A DNA stretch of 64,000 nt from NCBI GenBank assembly GCA_004022145.1, contig RCNU01000004.1; one strand, written 5' to 3'. The stretch's first letter is position 1, and each line of letters begins with the position of its first letter. The notes beneath the pieces were generated by a model, which saw only the letters and a list, made by a program, of their open reading frames with translations, had not been told where the DNA came from and made no database searches. Positions 12,340 to 26,724 of this stretch are shown here, piece after piece. Source of the DNA: Paecilomyces variotii (lineage: Eukaryota). Made by a program: the position numbers and the translations under genes.

Positions 12340-13933
12340 ATGGGTGACATCGCCGTGGAGAATCCGGCGAACAGCGTTGCGCCTCACAAGAAGGCAGCTC
12401 CAGCTGACGCCATCCCGAATATCGATTCGCTTGAGGGCTCTGGTACCGACACTGGTGATGAATACGTTACCTTGAAGAGACTACAGAGACATCTAGAGTA
12501 TGTTGCTTGCCTGGAACTGCGCGTGATGTGGCCTGTTAGTGAAGTTAGGTTATGGCTGACACTTGGGGCGGCGGGAATAGGTACATCAACCTACAAGAAG
12601 AATACATCAAGGATGAGCAGAGGTATGAGATTCATGATATTGAAAGGTTCTATAGAGAGGATTGCGTGGCTGACGGATGATCTGTCACAGGAGCTTGAAG
12701 AGAGAACTCGTTCGAGCGCAGGAGGAGATCAAGCGGATACAGAGTGTGCCACTGGTTATTGGACAGTTTATGGAGGCGATAGATCAGAAGTATGTTGGAT
12801 TGTGTTATGACTGGATTCTAGGGCATCTTTTTTTCTAATGGTTTACCGCTAGCACTGGAATTGTGCAGTCGTCAACAGGATCGAACTATGTCGTCCGTAT
12901 CTTGTCAACGCTCGACCGTGAGAAGCTGAAGCCTTCCTCGTCTGTCGCCCTTCATCGCCACTCCAACTCCCTTGTTGATATTCTTCCACCGGAGGCAGAC
13001 TCGTCCATTGCTATGCTTGGTGCCCACGAGAAGCCAGATGTTACATATTCAGATGTTGGTGGTCTGGACATGCAGAAGCAGGAGATCAGGGAGGCCGTCG
13101 AGCTGCCCTTGACGCACTTCGATCTTTACAAGCAGATTGGTAGGTGGGTCCGTATTGGAAGTCTGGGCAATGTCGATACTTACAGTAGCCAGGTATCGAT
13201 CCCCCTCGTGGTGTTCTTCTCTACGGTCCTCCGGGTACGGGAAAGACCATGCTGGTGAAGGCTGTTGCGAACAGCACAACAGCCAACTTCATCAGAGTTG
13301 TCGGATCCGAGTTCGTCCAGAAGTATCTGGGTGAGGGTCCTCGTATGGTCCGTGATGTCTTCCGAATGGCGCGGGAGAACTCTCCAGCTATTATCTTCAT
13401 CGATGAGATCGATGCTATCGCCACCAAGCGTTTCGATGCCCAGACCGGTGCCGACCGTGAAGTGCAGCGTATCCTGCTAGAGCTGCTGAACCAGATGGAC
13501 GGTTTCGACCAGAGCAGCAACGTGAAGGTCATCATGGCCACTAACCGTGCGGACACTCTGGACCCAGCCTTGCTGCGACCGGGTCGTCTGGACCGAAAGA
13601 TCGAGTTCCCGTCGCTCCGTGACCGACGAGAGCGCCGCCTGATCTTCAGCACGATCGCTTCGAAGATGTCGCTGTCACCGGAAGTCGACCTGGACTCGCT
13701 GATTGTGCGCAATGACCCTCTATCGGGAGCGGTGATCGCGGCTATTATGCAGGATGCCGGTCTGCGGGCGGTGCGCAAGAACCGTTACAACATTATCCAG
13801 TCGGATCTGGAGGATGCATACTCCAACCAGGTCAAGGGATCGCGGGAAGCGGACCAGTATGTTTTTGTCTTGTCCTCTCTGCATGTGTTCTATGTACTGA
13901 TTGATCTCCTACAGGTTCGATTTCTACCGGTAA
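12340..13933 (+). CDS. rpt3: 26S proteasome regulatory ATPase Rpt3 (subunit 6B)
   Basis: Six exons; introns 12498-12580, 12623-12690, 12790-12852, 13140-13192, 13857-13914. Walker A GPPGTGKT, Walker [29 protein letters not shown]-terminus FDFYR*. Confidence 0.97.
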
Positions 13934-14575
13934 ATGGGGGACTCTGGGTGGATGCTGGTCACGGAGGTCTTGTGCATGGCGAGAGGGGAGGTGTAGGCAT
14001 AGCATCGTTTCTCTTGATCGGATCTTGCCGTAATGCAATGGGCACGGTGGTTCTCACAGCCGTTTGATGTGTTCGATATCCTCCGGTAGCACCTGTCTTT
14101 CTTATCTTCTCGTAGTAATGACTCCGGGCTAAGTTATCGTGTAGACCGCAGAGTAGAATGCACTTTAGTAGGCGCGTGACTCGGGGGATCTCGCAGGTTC
14201 CTGCAGGTGCCTGACGTTGGTGTAGACTAAGCTCGTCCAGGCACCCGTGTTTCTCCCACTGCCAGCTGTTTCACCGCCTGTTATTATGATTATTACTCCG
14301 TAGTTAGTTATTATTTTATTATGACTACGCTTTTTATTGGTATTCCTCCGGGGTGTGGTGCAAGTACCAAGTCCACGACAACATAGCCGGATGCGGTCTA
14401 TCGATATCTAGGCTAGATAGATAACTAGCACCCCAGCCTCGCTGTCGCGATCCGCATCGTTAGAGCACCATACCACGCCCCCCGCTAAGCAGCAGTCCTT
14501 GTGACGATTGACGGCCCCAGCAAGGCAAAGCTCCGGCTCCACTTCACTCCAGCAACCGTCATCGCTGTCTCCCGG

Positions 14576-14605
14576 TCTCTCTCTCTCTCTCTCCCTCTCT
14601 CTCTC
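14576..14605. repeat. Imperfect (CT)n microsatellite / CT-rich tract in the proteinase A promoter or 5'UTR
   Basis: tctctctctctctctctccctctctctctc. Confidence 0.85.
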
Positions 14606-14738
14606 CTTCATCTCCCCATCCCTATCTTCCCCATCAACATCAACATCCAGTGGACGTTGGTGTCTATCTCGCATCTCCATCTTCTCTCATTCATTTCCTT
14701 TTGAGTTGGGTGTTCTGTATCACGGGAAGACAACCATC

Positions 14739-16127
<1,389 letters not shown>

Positions 16128-17370
16128 ATGAAACATGCTAGTCTTTTGCGAGGACGCTCCGTGATGGCTTTGTGGACAAATGAGTATATATGATATTGTG
16201 ACGGATCGGTACAGATTGACTCGGAATGACCGTAGGGACGGATGGGCCGGTGGACAGTTCCACCGTGTACTTTGTAGCGCAATCCATTTTTTTCAGTCTT
16301 GTATTGAGGCCGGAATCTGCCGTTCATTTGTGTAGAGATTCAAATACGAACCGAGCTTGCATACCTTAAATAGCTAGCAGACATGTATACTCCATCTGCA
16401 ACTGCAGTGAGACGTAAAGCATAAACCTGTGTTTTCCTGTGATCGCTTTCTTGATCTGACTGGGATCAAGAGCTTTGGTTGAGATCCAATCAGTTGGGCA
16501 GTTGAGTGGCAAAGATCACGACGAATGCAGCTGGATGACGAGGATTGTACTCGAAACTCTTCGACCTGAGTGATAGACTTGTGGAGCACAAAGGATAGAT
16601 TCGATGGTCAGTATATAATAGGTTAGATGCGACATCCCACGCCTTAGCTATCATTCTCCAACCACCGCCAGAAGCAGCTCCCTAGTGTTTATGCTTAGCC
16701 TTAGCGGCGGGAGCTGCGTTCATCCATCCGTCTTTGCTCTCCAGTCGACCGTCCTCGACCGCATCTTATCACCACCACTGTTGATCCAGCTAAGTGAGCC
16801 TGCTTCTATAACCATCCGATTTATTTATGAATAACTTCCCGCGCCACACGGCTTTTCCCCGGGTGAACCAGGCACTGTTTGGCTCAGTTCTTTGTTGGTC
16901 GATCTAGGAAGGTTAAATATCTATCTGGTGCAAGCTCCACCCCCCGCACGCACCCAGACACGCCGGCACGCGCTTCTTTGCTCCTCACCTTCTTTCTCTT
17001 GCTTTTCCTATCCCGTCATCATTTCTTTGCTCTCCTACAGTGCCATTCCACCTTCTCCCTCCCCCAATACTCCAATACCGTGCGCTTGCGCTCTCTCTAT
17101 CCAATCCAATCTGGCCTGCTTGCTAGTGCATTGCGCTTGTGGCGATCCGGAGCGCCCTCACACGACGTTCCCGCGCTCGTCGCCTGAGCTATCAGCGGAC
17201 CTGGCCTTGTTCACTGCGTCACGCACTCTCATGGCTGCCTAATTGGACCACCTTTACATGCCATATAGACCAACTGCTCGAGTGCGCAATTCTGCATCCT
17301 GACAATTGACCAGAACAAACGGACTCCGGAGCAAGCAGACTCTCAACAAAAGGCTCGAAGCGCAGGGAGC

Positions 17371-20119
17371 ATGCTCCTCCGACTGCCGCCTACCCTCCAC
17401 TACCCCATCACCGTCACTTCGTTGCTGAAGCGGCCGGGCGACACCGTCAGTAGGGACGAAGCGATCTTCTGGTATGTCTACGAGACCACTGTCACCGAGG
17501 GCGATGGCCTCGGCAACAAGGTCCAAGTTAGGCGGAATTTCCCGACCAAGTTCGAGTCGACGGTGGATGGGGAGGTTGTGCAGTGGAAGATATCCAAGGG
17601 CGATGTCATTACGGAACCGTAAGCTTTTGCTTTTCTTTTCTTCTTGTCCTCCGGGTCGGTGTCAGCGGGAGGCTAGGAAGGTCTGCGTGCTGGCGCTGCG
17701 ACGGGGACGATACCGCAAATCTTGACAGCTAACCGTTTCGTGTTGTAGAATAAATTTCCTCGAGATCGATGAGCCATGCGCTCACGAGATTCAGTTCGGA
17801 GGAATGTGTGCGGAGTGTGGGAAGGACATGACTGAGTAAGGACGGATTTTCTGTCGCGTCAGCCAGGCAGTTGCTAACTGGGGTAACTTATTGCAGGGCG
17901 TCCTATAATACGGATGTTATGGACTCGATGCGCGCTCCCATCCGGATGGTTCACGACAACACAGCTCTTACAGTCAGTCAGAATGAGGCTACGCGGGTGG
18001 AGGAAGATGCGAAGCGCCGTCTGCTGGCCTCGAAGAGACTGTCGCTTGTAGTGGATCTGGATCAGACTATTATCCACGCCACCGTTGATCCCACCGTTGG
18101 AGAGTGGATGGAGGATAAATCGAACCCGAACCATGAGGCTGTCAAGGATGTCCGTGCATTCCAGCTGATCGATGACGGCCCGGGGATGCGTGGCTGCTGG
18201 TACTACATCAAGCTTCGACCAGGTCTGGAGGAGTTTCTTCAAAACATCGCCGAACTCTACGAATTACACATCTACACAATGGGCACCAGGGCCTACGCAC
18301 AGAATATTGCGAACATCATCGATCCTGATCGCAGGATCTTTGGCGACAGGATCCTCAGTCGTGATGAAAGTGGAAGTTTGACGGCCAAGAATTTGCAGCG
18401 ACTCTTCCCCGTGGACACGAAAATGGTGGTGATTATTGACGACCGTGGAGATGTTTGGAAGTGGAACCCGAATCTGATCAAGGTCCTGCCGTATGATTTC
18501 TTTGTGGGTATTGGTGATATCAACTCGAGTTTCTTGCCAAAAAAGCAGGAGCTTGCGCCTACAGACAGAGCTGCCGCAAAGGCGGCCAAGGAGCAACTCG
18601 AAATCTCGATCCGAGAGCGACCGATACCTCCGGTCAACGGCACCAAAAAGGACGAACCGGGGCAAGAAGTCTCAGCACTGGAACAGCTTGTTACCATGGG
18701 TGGTGGCGATAATCCGGCTCTACTGCAGGAGCAGACTACGGAACAAGAAGAAACCATTATGCATCAGGTTGAGGATCGGCCCCTGCTACAGAAGCAGAAG
18801 GAGCTTGATGCTGAAGATGACGCCGCAGAGGCGCAGACTTCGGCCGACAGCGAGTCCTCAGAGAGTATGGATGAGACACCAGATATAACGAAGCCTCGCA
18901 ATCACCTACTAGAGGACAATGATACGGAGCTCTATCATCTACAGGACCGACTCGAGACCGTCCATAGGAAGTTCTTCGAAGAATACGATCGAAGACGTGC
19001 GCAATCCTTGGGAGGAAGAGTGGCGGCTCTGAGGGGCGAGAAAGTTCCTAAGGATAAAGATGTTGATTTGAAGTTGGTTCCGGATATCAAAGTCGTGTTG
19101 CCAAATATCAAGCGCAAAGTTCTTGAAGGTGTTGTTTTAGTGTTTTCAGGAGTGTTGCCTCTGGGAACTGATACCCAGAACGCCGATATTTCACTGTGGA
19201 CTAAAAGTTTTGGCGCTGTCATCTCAACCCGTATCGGATCAAAGACAACGCATCTCGTGGCGGGTCGCAATAGGACCGCTAAAGTCCGTGAGGCTACGAG
19301 GTATCCGAAGATCAAGATCGTCACGACACAGTGGCTCTTGGATTCACTCACGCAGTGGAAACGGCTGGATGAGGATCCGTATCTCCTTCCTGTTCATCCC
19401 GAGGACAGGGAACCCGTTCTGTCTGGAAGTTCTCCTGGATCGAAGGAGGCAGAGAGCTCCTGGCTCTCTTCTTCCGAGGAGGATACAGGGGTTTCTCGAA
19501 CAGATGAAGAAGGTGAGGATAGAAGTGCCCCATTTTATGACTTTAGCTAACGATCTTCATAGAAGGAGATGAGGAAATACTTAGTTCAGCCGGGATGACT
19601 GAATTCTCGCCTGTTGGATATGATGAGAATGAGCAGGCGGCAGTGCATGACGAACTCAAAGAGTTCTTGGGCAGCGATGACGAAAGTGAAAGCGACAGCG
19701 AGGCATCCTTCCTTGCAACGGAACCGACAACGCCTGGGAAGAAGAGGAAGCGGGAGGATTTAGGGGAAAGTGAGGGTGAAGAACAAGAAGGAGAGGAAGG
19801 TGACGAGGATGAAGCGCACGGCTCGCGACTATCACAGAAAATTAAGCGTTCCCACGAGCGTACTACCGGCCTCAAGACAGTTGCCAATGCCGACACCACG
19901 GATTCCTCTGAGACGCCCGCTGCGGCCGACGAGGACGGCGAAGGCGATGGTGGGACTGAAGACCAAGATGCCGGTGGTGAAGGTAACGAAGCGGGCTACT
20001 CCATCGAAGTCAACCCCGAGGAAGAAGATGATGAACTTGAACGAGAAATGCTAGCCGCGTTTGAAGACGGAGACTATGATGAGAAGGCGGAGGAAGACGT
20101 TGCGGCCGAGAATGGCTAG
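17371..20119 (+). CDS. fcp1: RNA polymerase II CTD phosphatase Fcp1
   Basis: DLDQT catalytic motif, YYIKLRPGL, BRCT domain (TTHLVAGRNRTAKV...WLLDSLTQW) and acidic tail. Introns 17619-17748, 17836-17896, 19513-19562. Confidence 0.96.
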
Positions 20120-20859
20120 ACAACCATCGCATCGGGCGTGAATCCATCACTTCCACTTTCTCACCGTACATACCACCATATTTCCTTCGCTTTGTACATA
20201 CTAGTACACACAGCATGCTTCGGAACGACGACTTCGACTTTTGGGTGTCACGTTTCAAGCTGTCGACTCGTTTTCTATCCTTCTCGCCTGTCTTGTTTGA
20301 CGTTTTCATCCCCGCAATACGAGCTATAGCATAGCGTGGCGTTTTGGACGTATCGATTCTGTCCTCTCGATTACTCCGGCGCGTTTGGTGGTTATCTCTT
20401 TACCCAATTTGCTGTTCACGATCGTCATGCCATATCTGCTTTGAGAATTATGGAGTGATTGCTTTCATCTCATCCGGAGCTTGGTCTTGTCGATTTCCTG
20501 CGATATGTACTGTTTACTTTTTCCATCCAGAAAATCTTCAGCTTCTATTTGCCGGTGCCGTGTATTATCTTACTGTCGGGTGGCGCAGAGATAGGATGGG
20601 ACGGGATCATGCTGTTTTACGTGCGCCAGTCATATGAAGAGTTTGTTGTCTATTTTCATACCATACCGCTTGATTCTGCATTTCTCTTCCTACCCTGAAT
20701 CGTCAGTTATGACTTGCAATTGGAAAAAAAGGAAAAGAATCAGAAATTAGAGAAACGGAAAGAGAACATGTAACTGGATTGGTATCTAATTTGGAGTTCA
20801 TTTAGAACGGCAAAATGAGTAATAGTACTTGGGTTTGGATTGTATTGTCATGATGTTCC

Positions 20860-21642
20860 TTATGCGTGCCTTTCAGAGCGCACAGACAGCGTAATTTCCA
20901 ATTAGCTGCTTCACTTAATACCCTATTCTCCTGTATAGGCGTAGGTGCGGGCGTTTTACCATATACATTCTCCCATTGCTTTTGTAGGTCTTTTCTCTCC
21001 TCCATAGCAGTATCTTCAGCCTTCCATACCGCAATGGATCGATTCGCATCGCGTATTTCCAAAGAACCGATCTGGCTAAGCGGTTGAACCTATCGCTTGG
21101 TATCTCGGCGCCGCCGCCGTAGAGGGTGCTTACACGCGCCCCTTAAGAATCCGAGTGATCATATCATTTGCCATAGCAAGCTGTTCACTAGCAATCCGAT
21201 TATACTCAAACAACCGTTCAAGCTGTCTCCTCATCTCCGGCGTAACCGGCCCCGTATCCTCCAACAACTTCTCCTGATTCTTCTCCAAACGCTTCATAAA
21301 CCGATACACCCACATCTTGCTAACCTGTTTATCAGGCTTTCCCGAGCGCGCAAGTGCCTGATTTGCCCACTCCACTATCATCTGCGACGTCACAGGCATA
21401 TTCAACTCGCGCAGATCAGCGACTCGTTGCATTAGAGCTTTCTCCTGATGCGTCTCGAGAGTCTTGTTCACTGGGATTCTTTCCGTGCGGGCTCGAGTGA
21501 TGTTCAAGACGCGGTTTCGCAGTGTTCGCATGGGAACGCCGTATTCACGCGCGACCTTGGTGATGTTGGGCTTTTCAAGGGCTTGGGCCGCTGCGCAGGC
21601 CTCGAGCATGCGAGATTCGTCGAATTTAGGGGCTTTGGGCAT
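20860..21642 (-). mobile_element. Internally deleted, degenerate pogo/Fot1-type (Tc1-mariner superfamily) transposase relic
   Basis: HTH-psq-like (NITKVAREYGVPMRTLRNRV) plus CENP-B-type HTH (QEKALMQRV..LRELNMPVTSQMIVEWAN..VSKMWVYRFMKRL) joined directly to a transposase-like C-terminal tail. No DDE domain. Stops at 21130 and 21090 and a frameshift. TIRs not found, so the left boundary is approximate. Confidence 0.8.
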
Positions 21643-22360
21643 GTTGGTGGGTTGAATGGCTTTGAAAGAAAAAATGTATGAGTACCTAGTGATGGGCTTG
21701 CAATTACGCGGTTGGAAATGAAGTACGGTGTGGGTGGTCAGGGGATACTTAAAAGCCCGATTGACCAGTTAAGTAAGGTTGAGCGGCAGAATTGAAAAGG
21801 AGCAACTTGACTCTCCACCGCTTACAGTACTTAAGTACAATACAGCAAATGCGCAAAATCAACTTAACTGGCCTAAACGAGATATTCTTCCTTTCTTGCA
21901 AGAGCTGTATAGAGATGCGTCTTCTATGATGAGTAAGGTCTGCTGTCGGATGGATGTGACTGGCTTATCCCAGATCCCAGTTCGACAAGTGCTTGGCCGG
22001 CCTGAATGGTCAGTTCGCGATGAACCACTACGGCGTAGTACATTTCAAGGATCGAATCGGGAATTCTTTTCTTTATCTTAAACCTTCGAGACGCTGCCAT
22101 TTTCTACCCTGAATGAGCAGATGCTAATGCCATTTTGAAATATCTTCTTTTAACCAGCGCACGGTCACCAAGAAAGTAACGAAGGTGGCTATCCACCTTC
22201 TACCGTACTATACACATCTTTTATATATATGTATGTACATCTTCAACACTTCGTCCTCAGGTTCGGTTGACCTCTCCCGACGCTGTATATAAACCACGGA
22301 TTCCGTAAATTCGTTGGACAACCCGTTAGAAACATTTTCCTTCCTACTTATAGTCCTCCT

Positions 22361-24504
22361 TCACCATCCGAATGTCTCCAAATGCATTGCAAGTTCAACA
22401 ATCTCTCCTCTAAACACCCTGCTCTGTGCAGCTGCAACCGCATTGCCCAAGTCCGCTCTGAACGTAGCCGGTCCACACCCAATCACCATCGTGCGTTCGC
22501 CCTGCCGCACAGAATCCCGCAATACAGTTGGCATAATGGGTCTACCGCTGTGTATAGTGGCGCCAAAGGTAGTGACACGATGCATTAATGGCGAGGATGG
22601 AGCCGGTGTCTTTTCAGGAGACGCAACGTCAACATTCAGCTCGCAAACTTTCGTTGCTTCAGCACTAGAAGCCTGATAGTGTTGAGTGAACCTTCCGTCG
22701 TCCGTTAGTGGCTCAGCTTCAGTGATATGCAGCCTGATCTCCAATGCTATTTTATTTGCCGCTGCAAGGCTGTCAAACTCATCCGCGAGCCACTGTATGG
22801 CGTCAGGTCTCTTCATCGACCACACCAGCACTACGCGTTTGATTCTGCTATCTGACTCTCGCTTACCGGCACGAGCGACGGTGTCCTGCAGCCATGGAAA
22901 ACAAGCGGTAATACCCGTTCCACCAGCAACCAGAATCAGAGTGTCGTAGCGGTTGTGAGGTGGACGACGCATACCACCGTAAGGGCCATCGAGCCAGACG
23001 GAGGTAATGATTTTTTTGTCATCCGTTGAATAGTGTGCCTGGACATACGATCTGAGTTTGCGAGTGAAGCCAGCATGGGCGCGAGCGAGGAAGACGAGGT
23101 GACAGGGCGAACCACTGGCAGACTCGGCAATGGCGATGGTGAAGGGGTGGTTGTCCAGGGGAGCGATATCAGGGAAGCGTAGAAAGACATGCTGGGACGG
23201 TTTCCAGTGGAATCCATCTGAAGGCCAGACGTCAATGCGTGTTACATCGGCGGACACGATGCTCACGGTCGCTGCGTTGCCATCAAACCAAGAGTTGCGG
23301 ATGTTCAGCGGTTGCGTCTTCCAGAAGACCCTGGTCAGCCAGGACGCCACCCAAATTGCGAGCGCAGCCCAGAGGTAAGACCAGGAATCCATGGTGTTGG
23401 CCGAATGCCAGAAGAGGAGGCCAAAGTAAGTGATAACGAGCAGGATATGAGCCGCGTAGAAGGATTCATAGAACCGGTCTCGGATGTATGGCAGAGAGAG
23501 TACGCAGATTCCAAAAAGAATCGCTAGTGGTGGTACACCAGAGTACTCATGGATGTTAGCGAGTGACATCTAAGGAAGAGATATATGTTTTGTCTACCTC
23601 GTTGGGGGGAGATGATTTGTCCATATAGAATTCTGCCTCTACCATAGCTTCCCCGCCAACTATAGGATTGCGGGCACTGCCAACAAGAAATGGTAGAGCA
23701 TGGAACAGACTTAACGCGAAGCTTATCCACGAGACCCATCGATGTAAAACACTCAGCCGTTCATGACTGATACCTGTGAAGAAAGTCACAATGTTCGCTT
23801 TTCCAGCGAGCGCCACAAGGATCGGAACGCAAGCAAATGCCATCAAACCAGATCTAATAGCAATTGGAGGAGAGCCATATCCGATCTGTTCGCGGTAATA
23901 CGGCTTTACGGCGAACACGAGCGCAGTGAAGAAGACTATGGTAGCGAGAAGGAAAAGGATGGTTCCAACATCTGCAGGGACATCAAATAGCTTTGTGGGC
24001 CAGCTGACTCGAATTCGCCTGTAAAATACGGATCGACCAAGAGCTTGCAATTTCCTGAGAATTGATGGCCTTCGCGGTGCAGTTGATGAATTCTTTATCA
24101 GATTATCTGTGAGGGTTGTGAAGGCGTAGCCCAGAAACAACAGTCCGATAACTGTAAAACTATCAGTATAAAATCACTCAGATTATAAAAACCAAGAGCA
24201 CATCCTGCGGAAACAACCAGCCAAATGCAGCAATAAGTGAATCAAGTCAAAATGCTTCCAAAGGCCAGTTTATCACTAATGTTGCACCCGTTTGTAAAGA
24301 TAATTGTGAAGTAGGAGTATTACTTATCACATAATAGTAAGTCGCCCAATGGCCGTATTTGAATTGATAGGACCATGATACAGCTTCCTGAGAAGCGTTC
24401 GCAGCAGCATAGTAAGCGATACATACATCTTCAGCCTTGATGCAATTAGGATCTGAAAGTGGAAGATTCGAGACCGCCGGGTCGGAAGACATAGGCATAT
24501 CCAT
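22361..24504 (-). CDS. Ferric/cupric reductase transmembrane component (FRE family)
   Basis: Haem-ligand His motifs (LHRWVS..FHALPF; FYAAHIL..FWHS), FAD-binding HPFTI, LDGPYGG, LVAGGTGIT, GCGP and C-terminal ETFGW. Introns about 24152-24323 (donor uncertain) and 23546-23597. Confidence 0.9.
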
Positions 24505-25674
24505 CTTGAATTATTTCTGCCCCTGACGAATTTGTTCGTGTCATATCAAGAACAGGAATTGAGTAGAGGAAGTGGTGAAAAACTCCACTCTATGTAGGAA
24601 CGTAGGAGTGAACATAATTGATCATGGTGGCTTTTCTCAACGCCGGACTCTCGATTATTTCAATAAAACAAACCGTGCTCATTGCACATGGCATGGGATC
24701 TTAGCCAGCTATTTCCCTCAAACATGCTTAGTGAACATACGACAGGAAAGAAGCAATATTTGGCTCCAAATGGGGCCAAGAGCGACCATTGACAGAATTG
24801 GCCAATTGACTGCACCTGTCAACGGAAATATCTCGCCATAGGTTATTTTTATTTGGATCTTGAGATATTGGCTTTTCTTATTGTGGGAATTACGAATTAC
24901 CAACGTAGCTCCCGGTCGAGCCGCCTACCCAGAAATACCATTAATCAATCTACTTACGTTGCCTGCGCTAGTTCGAGCAAATAAATTAACCTACTGCAAG
25001 CCAACAAAGGTCTCTACTTCCGCCACTTTGCTATGTAGTCCCAAGAGTGGAATCTGAAATATTCTGACCGTCGTCAACTTGGTGGAGCATATACTAAGTC
25101 GTTTTTGAGTCACTTTTGTACAGTACCGGTAATCCCTGGTCGATTCCACAATCGAGCATCAGCGCTGGTTTAGAAATGAATAGGCGGAGTAGAATTTTCT
25201 AGGCAAATAGCCCAGACAGATTAGAGGTTCTAGGGATCTCACCAGATCGCTAGGTACCCACTGTCCTTCATCAACAGACACGCAGCCTTCGTCCACACTC
25301 GTTTAATACACACATAAGGCCGCACTGTGTTTAGAACACAGTAGTAACCCTGGCTAAAGATGTGTATATTAGCAGTTTCTGGCGTCATGTATATAATCCA
25401 TCATTTACAATGAGTGCCATCACCAGGATGACGAGATTGTAGCCAGTGAGGTCGGAAATATTATAGCTGCTGGTGGGGATCACGTCTGTCAGCCGTTTTT
25501 CGGCTTATGTTGATCAATATCGTATCACCCTGGCGTTTACCCCGTGTTTTTCTTTGGCCTGAGTCCTTGCTGCCATAATGAGCTGTATTGGGAGGCGCCG
25601 GACAAACTTCGAACTTTCTATTCAAAATGTCTCCTTTCCAGAAGAGATACATCTCCCTGTCGAATACCACATAG

Positions 25675-26724
25675 TCATGGACATACTTCAAGCCCAACAT
25701 CAAGATATGGAAGAAGCAACCCCCACCCCGGGCGGTATCTCCCATTCCCAGGCACACCTAAGAGATGGCCCAAGAAATAATACCAATTTGAAGGTTCTTG
25801 CGCAGGAGGTGCTTTTTCATATCGTGCGTGAACAACTGCCTGGTTAGGAAAGATGGGCTCCTCGGAAGAAGTCTTCTCGATCAAGGCCGTCCGTGTCCAT
25901 TGCTCTTCAAACGGACTTTGGCACTTCCCAAACGCATGCCAAGACGTCAGTCGGATCTCGCATTGACCAGTGTCGCCCAATTTCGTGTGCTGGGAACGCA
26001 TCTCTGCGCCACATACACGACATCTCAGCCACGAGCATAATTCTTCGTCATTTGCATTCGAAGGAGCTTCGAGCGGCTTTGTGTTTCCATAATTGAGATT
26101 AACATGGCGGCACACGCAAGGAATATCCGCAAGGGCTCTGTCCCAGGAACTCGAGTCTCCATATCTGTAGCCTAGCACCATATCCCTCTTGAGGAAGAGC
26201 TCATCATCAATGACTTTGAATTCATCCGCAAATCCTCGACGGGGTTCCGCCTGGAAACGTGCAGTATTGCTCAGTCTCATCTCCATTCCCTGGGAGAATC
26301 CATATCGATATTCGTTCAACATGCGTTGGACGTCGATAAATGTGAGTCCGGGAGTATTCAGGCACTTGACGCGGGTGCGTAGATACCGGTCTGCACATCG
26401 GGGACTGGCTAAAGTACCGAAGAAAAGGCCTCGACCCGGTGGCAGGTAATGGAAAATCTGGCAGTAATAGCACAGAACCCAATGCTCTACATCGCGTTGG
26501 AGAGTTGAGAGAAAGACCATCCAGTCTGTCTTTTCCAGTCGAAAATACTGCCGTCCGACGACATGGAAGAGATATTTATTGGTCAGAGCAAATAGGGCTG
26601 CGGATGGTGTTGGGAGCACTTGGGCGATTTGCTGGAGGATTTCAGGCGGTAATTTGTAGAGGCTTGGTTTCTTTTGTGGCGTGCGCGAAAACAATTGCAA
26701 AAGAGACATTTCCCAATCTTCCAT
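25675..26724 (-). CDS. F-box domain protein, fungal lineage-specific type
   Basis: F-box motif LYKLPPEILQQIAQVLPTPSAALFALTNKYL, followed by CxxCxxxH (CYYCQIFH) and a further CRVC. Uninterrupted 349-aa ORF. Confidence 0.75.
   Translation of the reverse strand: MEDWEMSLLQLFSRTPQKKPSLYKLPPEILQQIAQVLPTPSAALFALTNKYLFHVVGRQYFRLEKTDWMVFLSTLQRDVEHWVLCYYCQIFHYLPPGRGLFFGTLASPRCADRYLRTRVKCLNTPGLTFIDVQRMLNEYRYGFSQGMEMRLSNTARFQAEPRRGFADEFKVIDDELFLKRDMVLGYRYGDSSSWDRALADIPCVCRHVNLNYGNTKPLEAPSNANDEELCSWLRCRVCGAEMRSQHTKLGDTGQCEIRLTSWHAFGKCQSPFEEQWTRTALIEKTSSEEPIFPNQAVVHARYEKAPPAQEPSNWYYFLGHLLGVPGNGRYRPGWGLLLPYLDVGLEVCP

Noticed and set aside
20700-21850. Terminal inverted repeats and TA target duplication for the transposon; palindrome GTACTTAAGTAC at 21827-21838
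   Set aside because: No matching inverted pair was found by eye. A lone 12-bp palindrome is not evidence of an element end.
24095-24103. ATCTGATAA SreA motif near the reductase
   Set aside because: It lies inside coding exon 2, not in the promoter.
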